From: Cyanobacteria bacterium P01_A01_bin.123
GTDB taxonomy: Bacteria > Cyanobacteriota > Cyanobacteriia > Phormidesmidales > Phormidesmidaceae
Reading direction: 5' to 3'
Assembly: GCA_039815185.1 (NCBI GenBank)
Contig: JBCBZT010000003.1
Coordinates: 160,001-224,000, forward strand
Length of the DNA stretch: 64,000 bases
Part shown: one piece after another, positions 60,021-64,000 of the stretch
Layout of the letters: each line of letters starts with the position of its first letter
Numbering within the stretch: the first letter of the stretch is position 1
Position numbers and translations under genes: made by a program
The notes under the pieces: model-generated
Seen by the model: only the letters and a program-made list of their open reading frames with translations
Told to the model about the DNA's origin: nothing
Databases searched by the model: none

Positions 60021-60680
60021 ATGGCCAAGCGATACAATATTCACCCTGACAATCCCCAAACTAGAGATATTGAGGCGGTCACAACGGCCCTAAAGCAAGG
60101 TGCACTGATTCTTTATCCTACTGATACGGTCTACGCTATTGGCTGCGATTTGAAGGCTAAAGCGGCCATTCAGCGGGTTAGGGCACTCAAGCAGTTGGCC
60201 AACGATAAACCGCTGACATTTTTGTGTGCGTCGCTGTCTAACATTGCTGACTATGCCCATGTTAGTGATATGGCCTACCGCATCATTCGCCGGCTGATTC
60301 CTGGCCCTTACACGTTTTTGTTGCCTGCAACCAAAGCTGTGCCCCGCTTGGTTATGAGTCCTAAACGACGAACAACGGGGATTCGAGTCCCAGACTCGGC
60401 AATTTGCTTAGCCTTAATTGGTGCCCTGAGAAATCCCATTATTTCAACCTCGGCCCTTTCCATTGTCGATCGCTATGGCTCACCTGTAGATCCAGCCCAT
60501 TTGTCGAAGGCAGAGTTATTTGACCGGATGGACGGATTAATTGACGTAATAGTAGATAGCGATAGGGATCTGAGCTATCAGGTCTCCAGTATTCTGGATT
60601 TGACCGCCGATCAGCCTAGGATGACACGCCGGGGGCTAGGTTCAGATGTTGCGATCGCGTGGGGCGTTGTGCCCCAATAA
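60021..60680 (+). CDS. Sua5/YciO/YrdC-family protein (YciO-like)
   Basis: IHPDNPQ.R, YPTDTVY.IGC, PGPYTF.L and GIRVP motifs. Confidence 0.9.
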   Translation: MAKRYNIHPDNPQTRDIEAVTTALKQGALILYPTDTVYAIGCDLKAKAAIQRVRALKQLANDKPLTFLCASLSNIADYAHVSDMAYRIIRRLIPGPYTFLLPATKAVPRLVMSPKRRTTGIRVPDSAICLALIGALRNPIISTSALSIVDRYGSPVDPAHLSKAELFDRMDGLIDVIVDSDRDLSYQVSSILDLTADQPRMTRRGLGSDVAIAWGVVPQ

Positions 60681-60759
60681 CCAGGCTAGGTTGAGACAGT
60701 CTCTACAGTCAGTCGTCCAATTGTGTAGACTGTCCACTCAACTGGCACACCAAAAAATA

Positions 60760-60777
60760 AATGTAAAGTTTTGTAAC
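60760..60777 (-). promoter_or_regulatory. HLR1 (RpaB-binding) motif
   Basis: Minus strand reads GTTACAAA-AC-TTTACATT, an exact HLR1 match, upstream of the HetZ-related gene. Confidence 0.7.
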
Positions 60778-61046
60778 GAAGATACGTAATCTCTCTTCTT
60801 TTTGCGTTCCCGCTCGTCTGCGCTCCACCCACCTGCGATATCCAGTCGCTTTTGTTAGGGATGTGATGGCGATGGTATAGGTGCTTGGGATAGTGACACA
60901 CCCTAGAACCTGACGCGGGGACTTCATTTCTAGAGTAAGGATAGCGATGGGCGATATGCCCCATCTGTTGTTTTACAACAGCACCGTGCTTTTCACTGAG
61001 AAGCGATCGCCGCTCCTTAACGTTTGATTGTGCATCCCCAACTGTT

Positions 61047-62396
61047 ATGAACCTCCAATCTGCATCGCATTCTACCCACGATCAATCTACGATCGCGGCT
61101 TCCGTTGCACCTACTGCAACTGCTTACAAGGACACAACGCCCCTAACGGTCAACTCGGGTGCAACTGTTTCAGCCAAAGAACCGGCTAAAGAACCTGGCC
61201 AAATTTGCCCAGAACCAGCTGCCGATTCTACTTGTAAAACGTCAGGGGCAGCCTATCCCTGGCTTTACGGCTACGTTTTGCAAGAACTATTCAAAGCGGA
61301 TTTAGGCAGCCGTCGATCAGTTGAAGGCGTCGCCTACCGCATCAGCGTTGAAGTCGAACGGGTTTGCCAAAAAAGTCAACGAATTCAACAGTCTGGTCAG
61401 GTGGAAGACTGGCTCAAGTCATTAGCGCAACATCGCCTGCAAAAGTGTTTAGACTACTACCGCTTGGGGTCTCGCCAGGGACGGGTTGAACTCCACGGTC
61501 GGCTGAGTGCCATTGCCTACCGATACATTGCGCCCAACCATACCCCATTAGGTTTTCAAGGTCGCTACACCCTGCTCGAAGACTTTCTGCAGAGCTTCTA
61601 TGTGGAATCTTTAAAGGCCTTTCGGCGAGAAAACCCCTGCGAGGCAGACTACACCCCCCGAACTCGACTTGAACTAGCTGAATATATGGCCTTTAGCGAA
61701 CACTACGCCAAGCGCCGGATTGCCCTACCGGGGTGTAACAACCAGCAGTTGCTGATTTTACGCGCTCAGTCCTTTGCCAAACGCCAGCCCACAGAAGCTT
61801 ATGTGGACATTGAGTTGGCCATGGAATCTCCTCGGGATGAAGAGTCCGACGGTTATCTGCGAACGGCACCGATGCAGCAAATCCGAGAGCACATGGTGGC
61901 TGAAGCGATCGATCCGGTGGAGTCGGTGGTGCGCGATCGGATTGTGCACACCCTAATGGATTATTTGCGCGATCAAGATCAAGACGATTGCGTTGATTAC
62001 CTTAGCTTGCGCCTGCAAGATCTCTCTGCTTCAGAAATTGACGAGGTTTTGGGACTTAGCCCCCGCCAGCGAGATTATTTACAGCAACGCTTTAAGTATC
62101 ATGTGGAAAAATTTGCCCAAGTGCACCAGTGGGAACTGGTGCATCAATGGCTTGGTATCGACTTGGAACGCAATCTGGGACTTTCCCCCAGCCAGTGGCA
62201 GGCCTTTTTAGCAGATCTCCCCAACGACCAATGCCAATTGCTCCAACTCAAGCAACAGCAATTGCTAGACGATGAGGGCCAGGCGCTCTCTGACCAAGTC
62301 ATCGCCCAGCAACTCAACTGTACTGTCAAACAGGTTCAACGGCGCTGGGGCAAAATCATCAGTGCTGCCTGGAAATTCCGTAATCAGGCCAGCTAA
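61047..62396 (+). CDS. HetZ-related protein (sigma-like C-terminal HTH region)
   Basis: EVERVC.KS.RIQ, YYRLGS..GRVELH..LSAI.YRYI, L.LAEYMAF.E.YAKR and EIDE.LGL.PRQRDYLQQRFKYH motifs. Confidence 0.8.
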   Translation: MNLQSASHSTHDQSTIAASVAPTATAYKDTTPLTVNSGATVSAKEPAKEPGQICPEPAADSTCKTSGAAYPWLYGYVLQELFKADLGSRRSVEGVAYRISVEVERVCQKSQRIQQSGQVEDWLKSLAQHRLQKCLDYYRLGSRQGRVELHGRLSAIAYRYIAPNHTPLGFQGRYTLLEDFLQSFYVESLKAFRRENPCEADYTPRTRLELAEYMAFSEHYAKRRIALPGCNNQQLLILRAQSFAKRQPTEAYVDIELAMESPRDEESDGYLRTAPMQQIREHMVAEAIDPVESVVRDRIVHTLMDYLRDQDQDDCVDYLSLRLQDLSASEIDEVLGLSPRQRDYLQQRFKYHVEKFAQVHQWELVHQWLGIDLERNLGLSPSQWQAFLADLPNDQCQLLQLKQQQLLDDEGQALSDQVIAQQLNCTVKQVQRRWGKIISAAWKFRNQAS

Positions 62397-62410
62397 GTGC
62401 TTAGCATCGT

Positions 62411-63127
62411 TTATCCGTTAGCCACGTCTGCCATATCTTCGGGTGGCTCAAACTTATAGCCGACGCCACGTACGGTTTGAATCAAAGCTGGCTGAGTTGT
62501 ATCGATTTCAATTTTTTTACGAATTTGACCAATGTGCACATCGACAACCCGTTGATCCCCAACATACTCGTAATCCCAAACCTTTTGAATGAGTTCAGCC
62601 CGCCGCCAAACGCGACCGGGGTGGCTTGCCAAAAAGTGCAGCAGATCAAACTCCAACGCGGTCAATGGCACCATCTCATTGTTTAAGGTGACTTCGCGGC
62701 GCACCGGATCGATAGCCAGTTTACTGAAGGTGAGTCGCTGCTGTTCGGCAGCGGTAACCGGCCGTTGACGCTTGAGAATAGCACCCACTCGAACCTCAAG
62801 TTCACCCAAGCTAAACGGTTTGGTCAAGTAATCGTCAGCACCTTGATTAAACCCCCGGATTTTATCAGCCTCGTCGGTTCGACTCGTGAGCATCAACACA
62901 AACACGCCAGTGCGAGTCTGCATCTCCTTACACAGATCGTAGCCGTTAGCATCGGGTAGGTTAACATCCAATACCACTAAATCGGGATTGGACTGCTCAA
63001 ACACCGCAAGGGCGCCCTTACCGTCTTCCGCTGATTCCATTTGGTAACCCTGCTTGGAAAGAAACCGATAAATCAGATTGCGGATTGCGGGATCATCATC
63101 AACGACAAGAATTTTGGCAGCAGCCAT
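62411..63127 (-). CDS. OmpR-family response regulator
   Basis: ILVVDDD, LDVNLP, GADDYLTKPF, RVVDVHI..IR.KIE and TVRGVGY motifs. ATG 63127 preferred. Confidence 0.93.
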   Translation of the reverse strand: MAAAKILVVDDDPAIRNLIYRFLSKQGYQMESAEDGKGALAVFEQSNPDLVVLDVNLPDANGYDLCKEMQTRTGVFVLMLTSRTDEADKIRGFNQGADDYLTKPFSLGELEVRVGAILKRQRPVTAAEQQRLTFSKLAIDPVRREVTLNNEMVPLTALEFDLLHFLASHPGRVWRRAELIQKVWDYEYVGDQRVVDVHIGQIRKKIEIDTTQPALIQTVRGVGYKFEPPEDMADVANG

Positions 63128-63580
63128 GGTAACTAACCTTAGCAATGAGATAGTAGACATCATAGGGGCAAGTACAAAACCTGAGCGAGGATTTGTTTAC
63201 CCTTTAGCAATCATGCTTTAAACGTACTTCATGAACCCTAGAGCTTATCAGCGGAAAAATAAATCCGCGAACGACATCTCCCCAAACAATTTACCCAAAA
63301 AACCTAACTAGTATTCATTACAAGCACAGGAACAACCCCACTCGCGACGAATGGCAGGGCAAAATAGGGGCTAGAACCCAATGATTAAATAAAAGCTTTA
63401 TCACAGCTAGCTTCCCGATCCGTCGGGTACATAGTTACACTGAGGACTAGGATTTATCAAACCATAATCGATACTGGCAATCATCGATAGGGCAGTTTCA
63501 ATCTGCTTAATGTCTACTCGGCACCAGTTATGAAAATTAACAAATCTTTATGAGCCGGGAGGTTCTCCGGAGGGTTCTGA

Positions 63581-64000
63581 ATGAGTGATCAAAGTTATTA
63601 CGAAACACTGGGATTGGATGAGTCGTCCTCATTTGAAGACATTCAAGCGGCACGCGATCGTCTGTTGACCCAGCATGGGGAAGATAGCCCGCGACGACAG
63701 GCAATTGAGTCAGCCTACGATGCAATTTTGATGGAGCGTTTGAGGCTGCGTCAAGAAGGCAAAATCAAGGTTCCTGATCGGATTCGGTTTGCTGAAAAGG
63801 TGGCTGAAACCTCTGCATCTCCCAAACCTGCCCCCCTGGCTTCGAGTCCGAGTTGGTTAGGTCAGCTGTTCGATAGCCCAGATCGTCAAGATGTGATTCA
63901 GCCTGCTATTGCGTTTTCTGTCTTGGCGCTGCTCGGAGTTTACTATCCCCCTTTGGCGTTGGCCTTTGGTACAGGAAGCACCATCTATTTTCTAAACCGC
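63581..64000 (+). CDS. CPP1-like (J-like domain) protein, truncated by the window end
   Basis: Hand translation: MSDQSYYETLGLDESSSFEDIQAAR...IESAYDAILMERLRLRQEGKIKVPDRIRF. Not in the ORF track because the stop lies outside the window. Confidence 0.88.
   Translation, partial: MSDQSYYETLGLDESSSFEDIQAARDRLLTQHGEDSPRRQAIESAYDAILMERLRLRQEGKIKVPDRIRFAEKVAETSASPKPAPLASSPSWLGQLFDSPDRQDVIQPAIAFSVLALLGVYYPPLALAFGTGSTIYFLNR

Larger units (their letters stand above)
1..64000. repeat. HIP1 octamer GCGATCGC dispersed throughout the window
   Basis: Dozens of GCGATCGC copies in coding and non-coding DNA, including a cluster at 4540-4600 and copies at ~5403, ~5597, ~56230 and ~56727. Confidence 0.95.

Overview
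Chromosomal window from a cyanobacterium. Evidence: dense HIP1 octamer GCGATCGC, ndhL, a Ycf55-like gene, a CPP1-like gene, a HetZ-related gene and tRNA-Leu(UAA) with a group I intron. An NrtP-type nitrate permease suggests a marine or saline strain, and the HetZ-related gene suggests a filamentous one; both are inferences. Most of the window is core metabolism: argC-like, ribBA, ctpB, ndbB-like, ispH, nadA, trpC, trpA, galE, cobH-like, larC and three tRNAs. The most notable block is a five-gene minus-strand operon at 41470-53878. It encodes a DUF11/SdrD-B-like protein, a large outer-membrane beta-barrel, a beta-helix-OmpA protein, and two tandem paralogous CSLREA/beta-helix/DUF11 proteins. 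Both tandem proteins end in an apparently incomplete DUF11 fold, while the first gene's mature N-terminus carries what looks like the missing strand. This suggests a donor-strand (possibly isopeptide-locked) surface adhesin assembly system. Other signals: a NACHT NTPase gene broken by an in-frame TAG and a frameshift; an ArgC homologue with the catalytic Cys replaced by Ser; an atypical CLC protein behind an NtcA-controlled nrtP; an unannotated receiver-domain remnant; an enlarged tRNA-Leu intron; and readable NtcA, NrtR and RpaB (HLR1) sites. All calls are from reading the sequence; no searches were run.
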